Source: a virus (lineage: Duplodnaviria; Caudoviricetes). From it: a stretch of 64,000 nucleotides of DNA. Location: positions 53,950 to 117,949 of IMG/VR virus record IMGVR_UViG_3300028888_000073; one strand, 5' to 3'. This document shows positions 30,108-39,833 of this stretch, one piece after another; the first letter of the stretch is position 1; each line of letters opens with the position of its first letter. Made by a program: the position numbers and the translations under genes. A model generated the notes under the pieces. The model searched no databases and was not told the origin of the DNA. It saw only the letters and a program-made list of their open reading frames with translations.

Positions 30108-30758
30108 TCAGCATTCAAATTCATCAAGGTCAGTTGCTTCTAGTGCGTTGTACTGATCAAGCAAGTCTTTTCTCCATGTTCCCTTTTTAATTACCTTATC
30201 ACAAATACCATATTTCTTACACTCTTTCGCAGTAAGATAAACATCTTCACCGCTATTGATAGCCTTAATAACAGACTTCGGTAGCGTCGTATTCTTCTTG
30301 ATGTATTTAATGACACGCTCATTCATTATGTCAAATCTAGTTGCATCTGTCTTAATATCATTCAGTTTTCCGAATGATCCGGCAGATAGTTGATGTAGCA
30401 TAATCTGTGAGTGCTTATACATATATCTGATATGACCGGACATAAAGATTACAGCGGCGGCAGACATACAATAACCAGAACAGTATGTAATGATTGGTGT
30501 AACACTTGCTTCGATGATATCAACCAATGACCACATATCAACAATAACTCCGCCAAAGGATTGAATGTGAAGTTGAATCGGTTTGATTTCATAACTTCTA
30601 AACTTTTCAAGACATTGACGGTCAAACTCATTAATCTGTAAAATCTGTTTACAGACATCTGAGATATTGTTACCCTCTACGTCACCGGAAAGATACAGAA
30701 TACGATCTCCGGTTGCAGATGTGTCAGAACCATTCCCAAGTAATAATTCCATGCTCAT
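30108..30758 (-). CDS. clpP: ClpP-family protease subunit
   Basis: IQSFGG, CMSAAA (catalytic Ser), MLHQ (His), DVYLTAxExxxYGxxD (Asp). Confidence 0.85.
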   Translation of the reverse strand: MSMELLLGNGSDTSATGDRILYLSGDVEGNNISDVCKQILQINEFDRQCLEKFRSYEIKPIQLHIQSFGGVIVDMWSLVDIIEASVTPIITYCSGYCMSAAAVIFMSGHIRYMYKHSQIMLHQLSAGSFGKLNDIKTDATRFDIMNERVIKYIKKNTTLPKSVIKAINSGEDVYLTAKECKKYGICDKVIKKGTWRKDLLDQYNALEATDLDEFEC

Positions 30759-30777
30759 AGTATTTGCCCTCCATTAG

Positions 30778-31035
30778 TTAGAATATTTTTTCAACTGTTT
30801 CCGGTATTACTACAGAAACAACATTTGAATTTGTAAATGTTGTTGACTCTAATACCGTAACAGGCTGTAAACCTGATTCAATCCTAAGTGCTGTAGGAAC
30901 TTTAGTGTTTATCTTTTTACCGACATATTTATATACACTAACAGATAGTAAATCTTCACTACCATACCATAAATAGTCAATTGGAGTAGATAGAAAGTTA
31001 TAATATCTTCTAATTAGTTCTATTCTAGGATTCAT
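30778..31035 (-). CDS. Small protein ending in a single BspA-like leucine-rich repeat
   Basis: TFTNSNVVSVVIPETVEKI. Confidence 0.45.
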   Translation of the reverse strand: MNPRIELIRRYYNFLSTPIDYLWYGSEDLLSVSVYKYVGKKINTKVPTALRIESGLQPVTVLESTTFTNSNVVSVVIPETVEKIF

Positions 31036-31038
31036 ATA

Positions 31039-32223
31039 TTATTCACCGCCTAGTGACAATGCATACCCCGCAACAATAGCACATACAGAAAATCCATCAT
31101 GGAAAAATAGAATATGGATAATATTCTTATCTGAAATATCATAATCCGGATTAAGAATATTTATTTTTGTACTTCCGCTTGCAGTGAAGTTTGTACAAAG
31201 TGCGGTTGCAGAATCTACAGTGCTATCCTTAATCATCTTAACTAATGAATGATATCCACTACCACTTTGATCAAGATTAACCGGAGTGCTTGCAACTGCG
31301 CCGCTAGCATCAATACAATGTGTTTTAGTTATATCAGTTATAGTAATGGATGATATCGGTGTAGTCTTACTGATTATTGTTTCAGCACCATTAGGGAATA
31401 ACACAGATGCAGTATATGTAGATGTTGAAACATTAAGATCATAATTGATCGTATCTAGCGGAACACCTAGCGGAGATACAAAATTACCAGAACCATATAA
31501 ACCGAAATTTCCTGCCATATTGATTCCATTATTATATGTCTTAAATGCATCAGATTGCGTTGTAACGCCACCTGATTCCTGCCCGTTACCTATGACCACT
31601 ACAGCATCAGTCGGGCTTGTGGGTGAAGCAGGTACGCTCGTAGCGTTGTTTTCACCGAGTATTCCAGATGCAGTATACTTATTATTTCTTACTACAATAG
31701 TTCTGTTATCTTCACTATTTACAGTAGACCATACATTGTTATTACTTACAATTGTAGTTCCGTCAGGTTGAATATTTACTTTTAGTTTTCCATCATCAAT
31801 TATGATTGTATTTCCATCAGGCGGAATAGCTTCTTGTCCACCGTTTCCACCACACGTAACAAATGAATTACTTGATACATCATAACATACAATACTATAT
31901 GAATTAATCCATGAACCTTCTTTTCTATTTTTATAAATGTATAACTTATTAGGAACTTTGAACTTTTCCGGAATTGTGAAACCGGGATCAGAAATATCAT
32001 AATCATTTCCTAGTTCAGAAGTAATGTCAAGAAGATCAGTAACTTTACCGTCACCCATATACATAGAAATAAGTTTAGATTGTTCATATGTTTGTTCTTT
32101 AACAAAATATATATTATTTGATACGTGAGACATATCATCATATGTACTGCGGTCAGTTAGAAAAATAGATGATTGTACATCATCATTCGCATCAACTGTA
32201 TTCGTGATAAGTTCATCAGACAT
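31039..32223 (-). CDS. Fibre-like virion protein
   Basis: Three DGxTI-type shaft repeats and VIGNG...SDAF motif; GAGGGAG RBS favours ATG at 32223. Confidence 0.55.
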   Translation of the reverse strand: MSDELITNTVDANDDVQSSIFLTDRSTYDDMSHVSNNIYFVKEQTYEQSKLISMYMGDGKVTDLLDITSELGNDYDISDPGFTIPEKFKVPNKLYIYKNRKEGSWINSYSIVCYDVSSNSFVTCGGNGGQEAIPPDGNTIIIDDGKLKVNIQPDGTTIVSNNNVWSTVNSEDNRTIVVRNNKYTASGILGENNATSVPASPTSPTDAVVVIGNGQESGGVTTQSDAFKTYNNGINMAGNFGLYGSGNFVSPLGVPLDTINYDLNVSTSTYTASVLFPNGAETIISKTTPISSITITDITKTHCIDASGAVASTPVNLDQSGSGYHSLVKMIKDSTVDSATALCTNFTASGSTKINILNPDYDISDKNIIHILFFHDGFSVCAIVAGYALSLGGE

Positions 32224-32248
32224 AGTTTTCAACTCCCTCGCTATAAAC

Positions 32249-32300
32249 AAAAAATCTACTGAAACTATATACTATATTGTATCGGTATCAGTAGATTTTT
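32249..32300 (-). terminator. Hairpin/terminator upstream of the fibre-like gene
   Basis: AAAAATCTACTGA/TCAGTAGATTTTT inverted repeat. Confidence 0.6.
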
Positions 32301-32320
32301 AATTTATTATATTGTAAGTT

Positions 32321-32749
32321 TTATATTTCATAAGAGATCGACATGCACTTCCAACCTAACACACCTAGTACAATCATGCCGATTATGGAAAATATTCCTG
32401 TCGGAAGTGCGTATGTATCTTGTACAAACTCTGCTCCTAACTCTTTTTCCATACTATCTAACCATAATATAGCACCAACATAAACAACAAATATCGCGCA
32501 GAAAAACAGTATTGATAGTACAAACATGAATGCCTGTAGAAACTTTCCTTTTTTAGTTAATCTAGTATTCATGTCCATAAAGAATTTACAGTTGCAGTCG
32601 TTGCAAGTATATAGAGATTTCGTCAAATGTCTTTCAACATTTGTACTATAACATTCCGGGCACACAGCAACGATATTTGAAATAGGTTCAACATACGACT
32701 GTCCATGCTTATAAACATCATACTTAGGTACGGTTTCACGAAGTTTCAT
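32321..32749 (-). CDS. Zn-ribbon membrane protein
   Basis: CPEC...CNDC followed by two transmembrane helices. Confidence 0.7.
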   Translation of the reverse strand: MKLRETVPKYDVYKHGQSYVEPISNIVAVCPECYSTNVERHLTKSLYTCNDCNCKFFMDMNTRLTKKGKFLQAFMFVLSILFFCAIFVVYVGAILWLDSMEKELGAEFVQDTYALPTGIFSIIGMIVLGVLGWKCMSISYEI

Positions 32750-32767
32750 TTGTAATTAACACCTCTT

Positions 32768-33070
32768 TTAACCTACAGGCGGATTTGGAAGCGGCATCCA
32801 GTGTGTAACATCTTTCATAGCGGGATAGAATTCACCATCACTAAATTCCCAACAAAGACCGTCACCTTGTATATGTGCTACCTGAATAGGATTATCTTCC
32901 CACCGAGCATAATAAATCAAAACATTTTTATATACTTCCGGAATACGCTCACTGCACGGAATCCAATTACCACTAATTGATTTATCTGGTTTCCAATAAC
33001 CGCAATTAACTTCTCCAACAGGCGGCATAAACCTACAAACTTCCCTCGCACAATTCTCACAGTTTTTCAT
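32768..33070 (-). CDS. DUF551-family protein
   Basis: WIPCSERIP...VTHWMPLP. Confidence 0.8.
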   Translation of the reverse strand: MKNCENCAREVCRFMPPVGEVNCGYWKPDKSISGNWIPCSERIPEVYKNVLIYYARWEDNPIQVAHIQGDGLCWEFSDGEFYPAMKDVTHWMPLPNPPVG

Positions 33071-33164
33071 TCAGATCATCCCGTTCATATAGTTCATCAA
33101 TACTGCTAAACATTGCATCACGGAATACAATGTCTCTATGATCCATTATATCAGTTTCCTCACT

Positions 33165-33458
33165 TCAAAGGTCTTCACATTTAATCATCAATTCGTTAAT
33201 ACATTCATTAATATATGCTCGATCATCGTATGTAAGATTTCCGTCACGCACAGTTATACGACACCTAATCTCACATATAAGTCCAATGGCACATCGTAAG
33301 CATTTTTCCAAATTATCTTTACAGTGAAGAATTGTAGGTTGCTGATCAATCATTTCCATAACCTTACAACCATCCTAATAACTAATTGTAGGCTTTCCGT
33401 ATTGGTTACACTCTGCCTTTATTTCAGCCTTAAATTTATCTGCATCAATTGGACGCAT
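33165..33458 (-). pseudogene. MRxIDAD...QPT-family gene interrupted by an in-frame TAG at 33375-33377
   Basis: AAGGAGTG RBS, then MRPIDADKFK...PTISY*DGCKVMEMIDQQPT in one frame with ORF 33165..33359. Confidence 0.65.
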
Positions 33459-33481
33459 AATTAATCACTCCTTATAACATA

Positions 33482-34315
33482 TCACACAATGGTTTTTGAA
33501 AAGTTTATTTTTTTTTTACAATATGCTTCTTTTATTGCAAGACTATAGATCGGCATCTCTTTTATGAATTTTTTAATAGCCGCATCCTTACGTTGTTCAA
33601 GTCTTTCAATTGACGGATCATGTCTTTTATCGGTGACGTTATACGCATAGAATGGATCGTTTTCAATAAACTTATCAAACTGTTCAACTAACCAATAATC
33701 AATATATTCACCCTCAACACATGCAATATCACCAACAAGGCGAACTTTAGGATACATACAATCAGATAGATCGGTTGTTACATAACAATATTTAGAATCG
33801 TAGTTGTATTTTCCAGTTATCATAAATTCAATTGAATCTCTAACAACTCTACGTGACCTTAGTTCCTCAAGTGTATCATTAAACTCCTTGCTTGTATATG
33901 GATAATCATAATATACCATAGATGCAATTACATTACAATAAAGTTTAGCATCCGGATTTGTTGGATGTGGTTTAGGAATATACTGCTTCATAAGGTCTGC
34001 AAGTTCATCAAATTTCTTTTGGTATAACAGTCTTTGAACATCAGGTATCATATCACGAACATTTTCATCACAGTTAGCACGGGCAACTACTTTAATAATA
34101 TGTGCTCTCTTTCTATGCTTACTGATACTATCAAAGAATCTTTGAAGAAATCTCTCATTATCAAATACGATCTTCCTAGAACCGTACTTACCAAATGAAT
34201 ACACTGCTTCATATGATCCTGCATTAGCGCACACTCCGCCGCTACTCTGTTTGAAACTGTGCAGAGGATATCCGGGAATTTCCTTGAACTTTTCTTCCCA
34301 CTCTTTAGCTGTCAT
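33482..34315 (-). CDS. Hypothetical protein
   Basis: 277-aa ORF. Confidence 0.75.
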   Translation of the reverse strand: MTAKEWEEKFKEIPGYPLHSFKQSSGGVCANAGSYEAVYSFGKYGSRKIVFDNERFLQRFFDSISKHRKRAHIIKVVARANCDENVRDMIPDVQRLLYQKKFDELADLMKQYIPKPHPTNPDAKLYCNVIASMVYYDYPYTSKEFNDTLEELRSRRVVRDSIEFMITGKYNYDSKYCYVTTDLSDCMYPKVRLVGDIACVEGEYIDYWLVEQFDKFIENDPFYAYNVTDKRHDPSIERLEQRKDAAIKKFIKEMPIYSLAIKEAYCKKKINFSKTIV

Positions 34316-34873
34316 CTTTACACCTATCCTTAATCACATCAAGTTTAATAGTGTCCGAATCCGCTTTAGACACATGTGACGATGGAATAACACTTGAAAT
34401 ACTGTGATTAATTAAATCGGATACTGTGACATCATCAAATTTACTAATATCACAATATTGAATTGCATCCGGCTTACGTGGTATCTCAAAATGAATATTT
34501 TTCGCAAGTTCAATAAGTTCATCACAAATGGAACTCATCGTATCAGTTTCGTTAATCATACTTAATTACTCCTTTCATGCTCGATCATAAGAGATTCATA
34601 ATCCATATCAAGAGTATCATCAGATTCCGGAATAAGTCTGTGAATTGTATACCTATGAATGTGCTCTATCTTAATCGTGCCTTGCCGTCCATCTCTAGTA
34701 TTTACAAACATAGTCGTACCGTCATCTGAATAATCATGCACACATCCATATACTGTGGTAACTTCATCTGGATTCTTTACATCGAATCTTATGAACGTGC
34801 CGCGAGGTGCCCAACTCTCATCGAAGTATTTAACGGTTACAGTCTTTTCTTTTGTGATCGGCATTATAAACAA
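34305..34873 (-). CDS. Two hypothetical genes (34305..34559, 34562..34873)
   Basis: Co-oriented ORFs after promoter copy 7. Confidence 0.6.
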
Positions 34874-34889
34874 CTCACTTCATAAACAT

Positions 34890-34918
34890 AGTATAACACA
34901 TTTCATAATGTTTGTCAA
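34890..34918 (-). promoter_or_regulatory. Repeated promoter, copy 7
   Basis: TTGACA-N17-TATACT with TGn. Confidence 0.8.
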
Positions 34919-34952
34919 TAGGTTTTTGAAAATTTCAAAGTGTAAACTTTTA

Positions 34953-35795
34953 TTACTCAAATACAATTCTCTGGTTGACGTATTCACGATCCTGAGTAAA
35001 GATTGGAATTTCTGTATCAATCTTAAAACCTCTAGCATCTTCAACATCAAGCGGCTTTACAGAACAAGAACCTCTCTTTACAACAGTCGGAAGATCATTC
35101 CAGTTAATACCTTTATCAGTAAACAGCATATCCTCTGCTTCTTTATACTTCACACCATTGAGTGCGCTCTGAGAATAATACTGCTGTGCAAGTGTCATTA
35201 CAGAGTTCTTAGTTGCGTCCTGCTGTCTCCAAACGAAATAGTTATTGACTTCCTCTTTTGGGATTGAAAACGCTCTAGCATCAAAGAATGCGCCGCCCAT
35301 AAGTTTCCGGTAAATCTTTTCTGACTTGTTGATCGCCTGTTCCTCTGTAAGTGACTGAGACTCTACGTTGTAATCCGGAATGTTATTATACTTTTCAAGT
35401 CTCTCTGTAAGCATTGCATAGAAGTCTCTCATAGAATCCAGAAACTTAAATGTCGCCATTGCCGCAGAAACAGAAACCATCTTCTGAATATTATAATCAA
35501 ACCATGCGGCAGTATCAAGTTTCTGATAGTCACACAGAAGTAAAGAAATTTCATCAGACTGAGTATAACCAAGAACACAACCCTGAATATTATTACAGAG
35601 ATAATTCATAGTTTCCTGCATTGATCGAACAATACACTTATCAAACGGTTTATCAAAACCTCTTGTAAATGTGTGAAACGCCTTACCGTCAAGTCTAATG
35701 ATGACGGGAGTTCTTCTTGTAAGTTTATTGCGAGTAATATTCTCATAATACTCTTTCATACGATCACCGAGCGTGATATTAGTTGACATATACAA
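34953..35795 (-). CDS. tRNA(His) guanylyltransferase / Thg1-like 3'-5' polymerase
   Basis: RLDGKAFHTFT, GYTQSDEIS, FDAR and WRQQDATKNS motifs. Confidence 0.92.
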   Translation of the reverse strand: MYMSTNITLGDRMKEYYENITRNKLTRRTPVIIRLDGKAFHTFTRGFDKPFDKCIVRSMQETMNYLCNNIQGCVLGYTQSDEISLLLCDYQKLDTAAWFDYNIQKMVSVSAAMATFKFLDSMRDFYAMLTERLEKYNNIPDYNVESQSLTEEQAINKSEKIYRKLMGGAFFDARAFSIPKEEVNNYFVWRQQDATKNSVMTLAQQYYSQSALNGVKYKEAEDMLFTDKGINWNDLPTVVKRGSCSVKPLDVEDARGFKIDTEIPIFTQDREYVNQRIVFE

Positions 35796-35814
35796 ACATC
35801 TCCTTTATATTTAA

Positions 35815-36642
35815 TTAGAAAACGTAATTGACTGCATCATCACGGCTGAGAAAGAAATGAATTCCTTTTCCGCATTCTACTTGAGGATTATCGTCAAAGT
35901 TATATACTTCAATAAATCCAGTATGATACTTGAACAGCGGGTCCCAAAAACTGTGTACAATTGTATCGTCTGGAAGTTTTTCACCACCAAGCGTTTCAAA
36001 CCCTAACACTTCAACTTTGTCTGCTCTGCACTTGTTGTTTGCACAGAATCGCTTTGCATCTTCCGGAATACGTAGCTTAATGATAACAGCTTCATCAACC
36101 GAGTCTGCCTTTTTCCATGCAATGAATGAACCATCTGACGGAACATGACGCGGAAAGATAATATTAGAATTAATAGCAGAACATTTATCCATTTCACACG
36201 AATAGAACTGAGTGTATCTTCCGTCTACATCGTCAAACACAGTGAAAGAGAGGTCTGAGCACATAAAGTTTACATCAGACATAGAACATTTAATAATAGC
36301 AGAACCACTAATGTCACATAAATTAAAGTCTGTTCCGACAAATTTACAACCTATAAAAGACTTGATCTTCAGTTTACAGCAGTTAAAACTGCAATAACGC
36401 AATGTGCAATTTGTAAGATTAAATAAGCTATAATCAACATAGATAAATTTAACACTTATAAAATTGATACCGTTGAGTGGACGTTCAAATCTACAATGAA
36501 TAAATACTTGATTTGAAATCTCTTCAGGAAATGTGATGCCTTTACCGATAATATATCCGTCAAAGTTTTTATCCGGATCATTAAGTATAGAATTGAATAC
36601 CTCTTGCGTAATCTTTTCAAGCATATATGTATCCTCCCTCAC
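35815..36642 (-). CDS. Pentapeptide-repeat plus DUF5758-like protein
   Basis: Same architecture as 25857..26759. Confidence 0.8.
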   Translation of the reverse strand: MREDTYMLEKITQEVFNSILNDPDKNFDGYIIGKGITFPEEISNQVFIHCRFERPLNGINFISVKFIYVDYSLFNLTNCTLRYCSFNCCKLKIKSFIGCKFVGTDFNLCDISGSAIIKCSMSDVNFMCSDLSFTVFDDVDGRYTQFYSCEMDKCSAINSNIIFPRHVPSDGSFIAWKKADSVDEAVIIKLRIPEDAKRFCANNKCRADKVEVLGFETLGGEKLPDDTIVHSFWDPLFKYHTGFIEVYNFDDNPQVECGKGIHFFLSRDDAVNYVF

Positions 36643-37478
36643 GTAAACTTATAATTAATAGCGTCTGTTTTATTTAGAAAGAAGTGAATACCCTCACCGC
36701 ATACTATAGTTGGTTTATCACAAAACGAGTCAGACTTAACAACTCCGATTTTATAATGAAAATCTTTATCATACCAACTACGAACATCAGTATCGTCCGG
36801 AAGTTTCTCACCAGACAGTGTTTCAAATCCCAAAACCTCTACTCTGTCCGCACGGCATTTATTAGTAATACCGACACGCTGTGCATCTTCTGGAATACGC
36901 AACTTAACAATTACATTTGGTGTATAATATCCGTCATAATTGTAATTAACTGCCTTTTTCCAAGCGATGAACGATCCTTCAGCCGGAACAGTTTGTGGAA
37001 TGTCAATATTTGAATCAAAGATAGTACATCTACTCAGATCACAATAATCAAATAATAAACCATTAGATGTCATGTCATCAATTTTTATACCTCTAAGATC
37101 ACTACATCTAATACGCAAATTATTAATGTCACATTTAATAAATTCTGAGTCAGTGAATGAACAAAAATAAAAATGTGAATTAATAAACGAGCAATTGTGA
37201 AACGACCCTGACTGTGTGTCACAGTGCGTGAACTCTGTTTCATAAAACTTACAACTGCTGAAAATTGTTTTGTTCTTAATATAAAGAGTGTTATATGCTA
37301 GCCATTCAACTTTGTCAAAATAACAAAAACGGAATTCGACATTTTCTATTGATGTTTCAAATAAACAGTTTGAAAATTTAACGTCAACAAGTTTCTTTGG
37401 AAACGATAATTCATTTCCGATAATACAATTCTCTATAATTTCAGCATTATCCAGTTCACTCTGAGTGAGTCTACGCAT
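36639..37478 (-). CDS. Pentapeptide-repeat plus DUF5758-like protein
   Basis: AWKKA...LRIPEDA...KCRAD...GIHFF. Confidence 0.8.
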   Translation of the reverse strand: MRRLTQSELDNAEIIENCIIGNELSFPKKLVDVKFSNCLFETSIENVEFRFCYFDKVEWLAYNTLYIKNKTIFSSCKFYETEFTHCDTQSGSFHNCSFINSHFYFCSFTDSEFIKCDINNLRIRCSDLRGIKIDDMTSNGLLFDYCDLSRCTIFDSNIDIPQTVPAEGSFIAWKKAVNYNYDGYYTPNVIVKLRIPEDAQRVGITNKCRADRVEVLGFETLSGEKLPDDTDVRSWYDKDFHYKIGVVKSDSFCDKPTIVCGEGIHFFLNKTDAINYKFT

Positions 37479-37499
37479 CGTTTATCATCCAATCATTTC

Positions 37500-38264
37500 T
37501 TAAAATACATAATTTACGGCATCATCCCGATTAAGGAAGAAATGAATTCCTTCACTGCACTCACACTGCGGATCATGGTCATATTCACCACTATCAATCA
37601 TTCCAGTATGATACACAAATTCTGAATTGAAGAAACTGTGTACATAGATATTATCGGGAAGTTTTTCACCATCTAAAGTCTCATACTGAATAACTTCAAC
37701 CTTATCAGCACGGCATTTGTGATTTGCACCGCATCGTTCAGCATCGTCCGGGATTCTGAGTTTTACGATTACCTCATGATCTCCATCATGTTTAAGCATG
37801 AGTGCTTTCTTCCACGCAATAAATGAGCCTTCTGATGGAACATGTTGTGGAAATACAATGTTAGAATTTGTTTTTTCACAATTATCCATATCACAGCTTA
37901 GGAAAGTTACTCTATGTGCATTAGCATTATTGAAACTAGCCCATCGAACATCGGAACACCAGAAACCAGTATCTGAGATATTACAATTACTGAATATTGC
38001 AGAACCAAGTTGGCAAAATGAAAATTTCGTATGACCGAAAGTACATCCACTAAAATCACGATTATAAAATTCACAATTCTTAAAACGAACCAATAAAAAC
38101 TCAATATTGGTAACTGCTGTATCAAACTTACAATGATCAAATACAATACGTTTAATTTGTTTTGGAAGTACAATATCATCACCAATAACACAATCGTATA
38201 GTACATTTCTAATTCTGTTATTGGTGCATACTTCATCAAATTCTTCCTGAGTAATTTTTCTCAT
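37500..38264 (-). CDS. Pentapeptide-repeat plus DUF5758-like protein
   Basis: AWKKA...LRIPDDA...KCRAD...GIHFF. Confidence 0.8.
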   Translation of the reverse strand: MRKITQEEFDEVCTNNRIRNVLYDCVIGDDIVLPKQIKRIVFDHCKFDTAVTNIEFLLVRFKNCEFYNRDFSGCTFGHTKFSFCQLGSAIFSNCNISDTGFWCSDVRWASFNNANAHRVTFLSCDMDNCEKTNSNIVFPQHVPSEGSFIAWKKALMLKHDGDHEVIVKLRIPDDAERCGANHKCRADKVEVIQYETLDGEKLPDNIYVHSFFNSEFVYHTGMIDSGEYDHDPQCECSEGIHFFLNRDDAVNYVF

Positions 38265-38312
38265 TACTGATCATCCTTTCATTCATAATAACTGCGGTTA
38301 CTCTACAAACAT

Positions 38313-38341
38313 AGTATAACATATTCTGAGAATAAAGTCAA
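38313..38341 (-). promoter_or_regulatory. Repeated promoter, copy 8
   Basis: TTGACT-N17-TATACT with TGn. Confidence 0.8.
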
Positions 38342-38414
38342 GCACTTCTTGTAATTGTTTGTAGAGAACCACGCCAAAAATTTTATGTTGTTTTTGTATA
38401 TAATGCATACACAA

Positions 38415-39065
38415 TTATTTGTCAAGTCTTCCGTCATGTCCGACAATTGATACCGGAAGATCAGTACCATCTTTATCAAATCGGAGAATAGTGACATCGT
38501 TAAACTTAGTCTCATGGTATGCAGATGTTGATACCGTATACAGCATATCAGAAGTGACGAACATCTTATTTTCAAAAGTTTCAATACAGAGATATTTTAC
38601 ATCGTTTCCTGCTACATCTTTAGTAATGAAGATATCTCCTGCTCGAACTTGTGAAAGTGTTGTATGACCAATTTCATTAGCCGCGAGATAATCACTAAGA
38701 CATTTCGGAATACGTGAATTCTTGCCAGAAACATACTTATAGAATGCAATCGCAATACCAAAATACGGAATGAACTCCTTATCAGTTTCACGATTGAATC
38801 TAGCAATGCCACTCTTGCCGTTCTTTGTATTAGTGACAGTTACAGTCTTATTCTTTGCATCAATATATCCGATGAATGTTACATTCTCGTATGTGACGAA
38901 TTGAATGACAGCACTCTTTTTACAGTTCGTTGCTGAGTTAGCTGTATAGATCATACCCAATGACGCGATTGCATTCCCTGTAAAGAATCCAGTCTGTTTC
39001 AGAATACGGTCACATGCAGTCTTTGCCAATCCCATATTTTTGTTTTCAAAACGCTTTCTAGCCAT
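38415..39065 (-). CDS. Hypothetical protein sharing a GxAxxNxxxD.F....GxAIA domain with 42614..43063
   Basis: 216 aa with AAGGAG RBS. Confidence 0.75.
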   Translation of the reverse strand: MARKRFENKNMGLAKTACDRILKQTGFFTGNAIASLGMIYTANSATNCKKSAVIQFVTYENVTFIGYIDAKNKTVTVTNTKNGKSGIARFNRETDKEFIPYFGIAIAFYKYVSGKNSRIPKCLSDYLAANEIGHTTLSQVRAGDIFITKDVAGNDVKYLCIETFENKMFVTSDMLYTVSTSAYHETKFNDVTILRFDKDGTDLPVSIVGHDGRLDK

Positions 39066-39085
39066 TTGTAAAACTCCTTTACATA

Positions 39086-39394
39086 TTATCTTTCATGTGC
39101 TTCAATGCATCCTTTTTTAATGATTGATGAAACCATCCAATCATAGCCGCAGAAACCTTTTGATGCTTTACGGCATTTGTTTGCAGTGTTTGAATCTACC
39201 TTGCGTACTGAAACACATGCAGTCCAACCATCATTCCACCTATAGAAAAAGTTCTCTGTTTCCAGAATCTCTTTGAGCATCTGTTTATCTTTGATAGTGC
39301 TGTTAGGTCTTACAATATAATGTTTAACATCTTCTTGTGACCATGCATTGTTCCATGATCCTCTGTTTGGCATTGTTAGTTCAAATACAAGCAT
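39086..39394 (-). CDS. Conserved phage hypothetical protein (MPNxGSWN...GYDWM)
   Basis: 102 aa with RBS. Confidence 0.75.
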   Translation of the reverse strand: MLVFELTMPNRGSWNNAWSQEDVKHYIVRPNSTIKDKQMLKEILETENFFYRWNDGWTACVSVRKVDSNTANKCRKASKGFCGYDWMVSSIIKKGCIEAHER

Positions 39395-39456
39395 TTATAT
39401 ATTACACCTCTTTCTCGAAATCAATATATGCAATGTAAAATAGTTTTAATTTATAC

Positions 39457-39774
39457 TTAATACCACACGCGCCCAATCTCTTTGATATACTCGTGACCAT
39501 TTACTGTGTTCATAATATTATATCTTATATCGTCAGGAATTTCAATAACTTTTAGATTTGATAATTCTCCACTACACCACTTTGACCCATATCTCTCAAT
39601 AAGGTCGATCAGTTCTGGGCTTGTTCGGAAATATTCTTCCGTCCTGCCGTCATCCCAATAATAATCACGATTACCTTTTACAGTATCAGTGTCACATATA
39701 ATAGCACCTAGTTCCCTTGCACATTGAATAGAAAACTCAAATGCATTTGACTTTGAATCAATAACTACTTTCAT
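39457..39774 (-). CDS. Conserved phage hypothetical protein
   Basis: 105 aa with GGAGG RBS. Confidence 0.7.
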   Translation of the reverse strand: MKVVIDSKSNAFEFSIQCARELGAIICDTDTVKGNRDYYWDDGRTEEYFRTSPELIDLIERYGSKWCSGELSNLKVIEIPDDIRYNIMNTVNGHEYIKEIGRVWY

Positions 39775-39833
39775 TTTATATATCCTCCAGTATAGTCTAA
39801 ATGCAAATACACATCTTGTGAGACACCGGAAAC

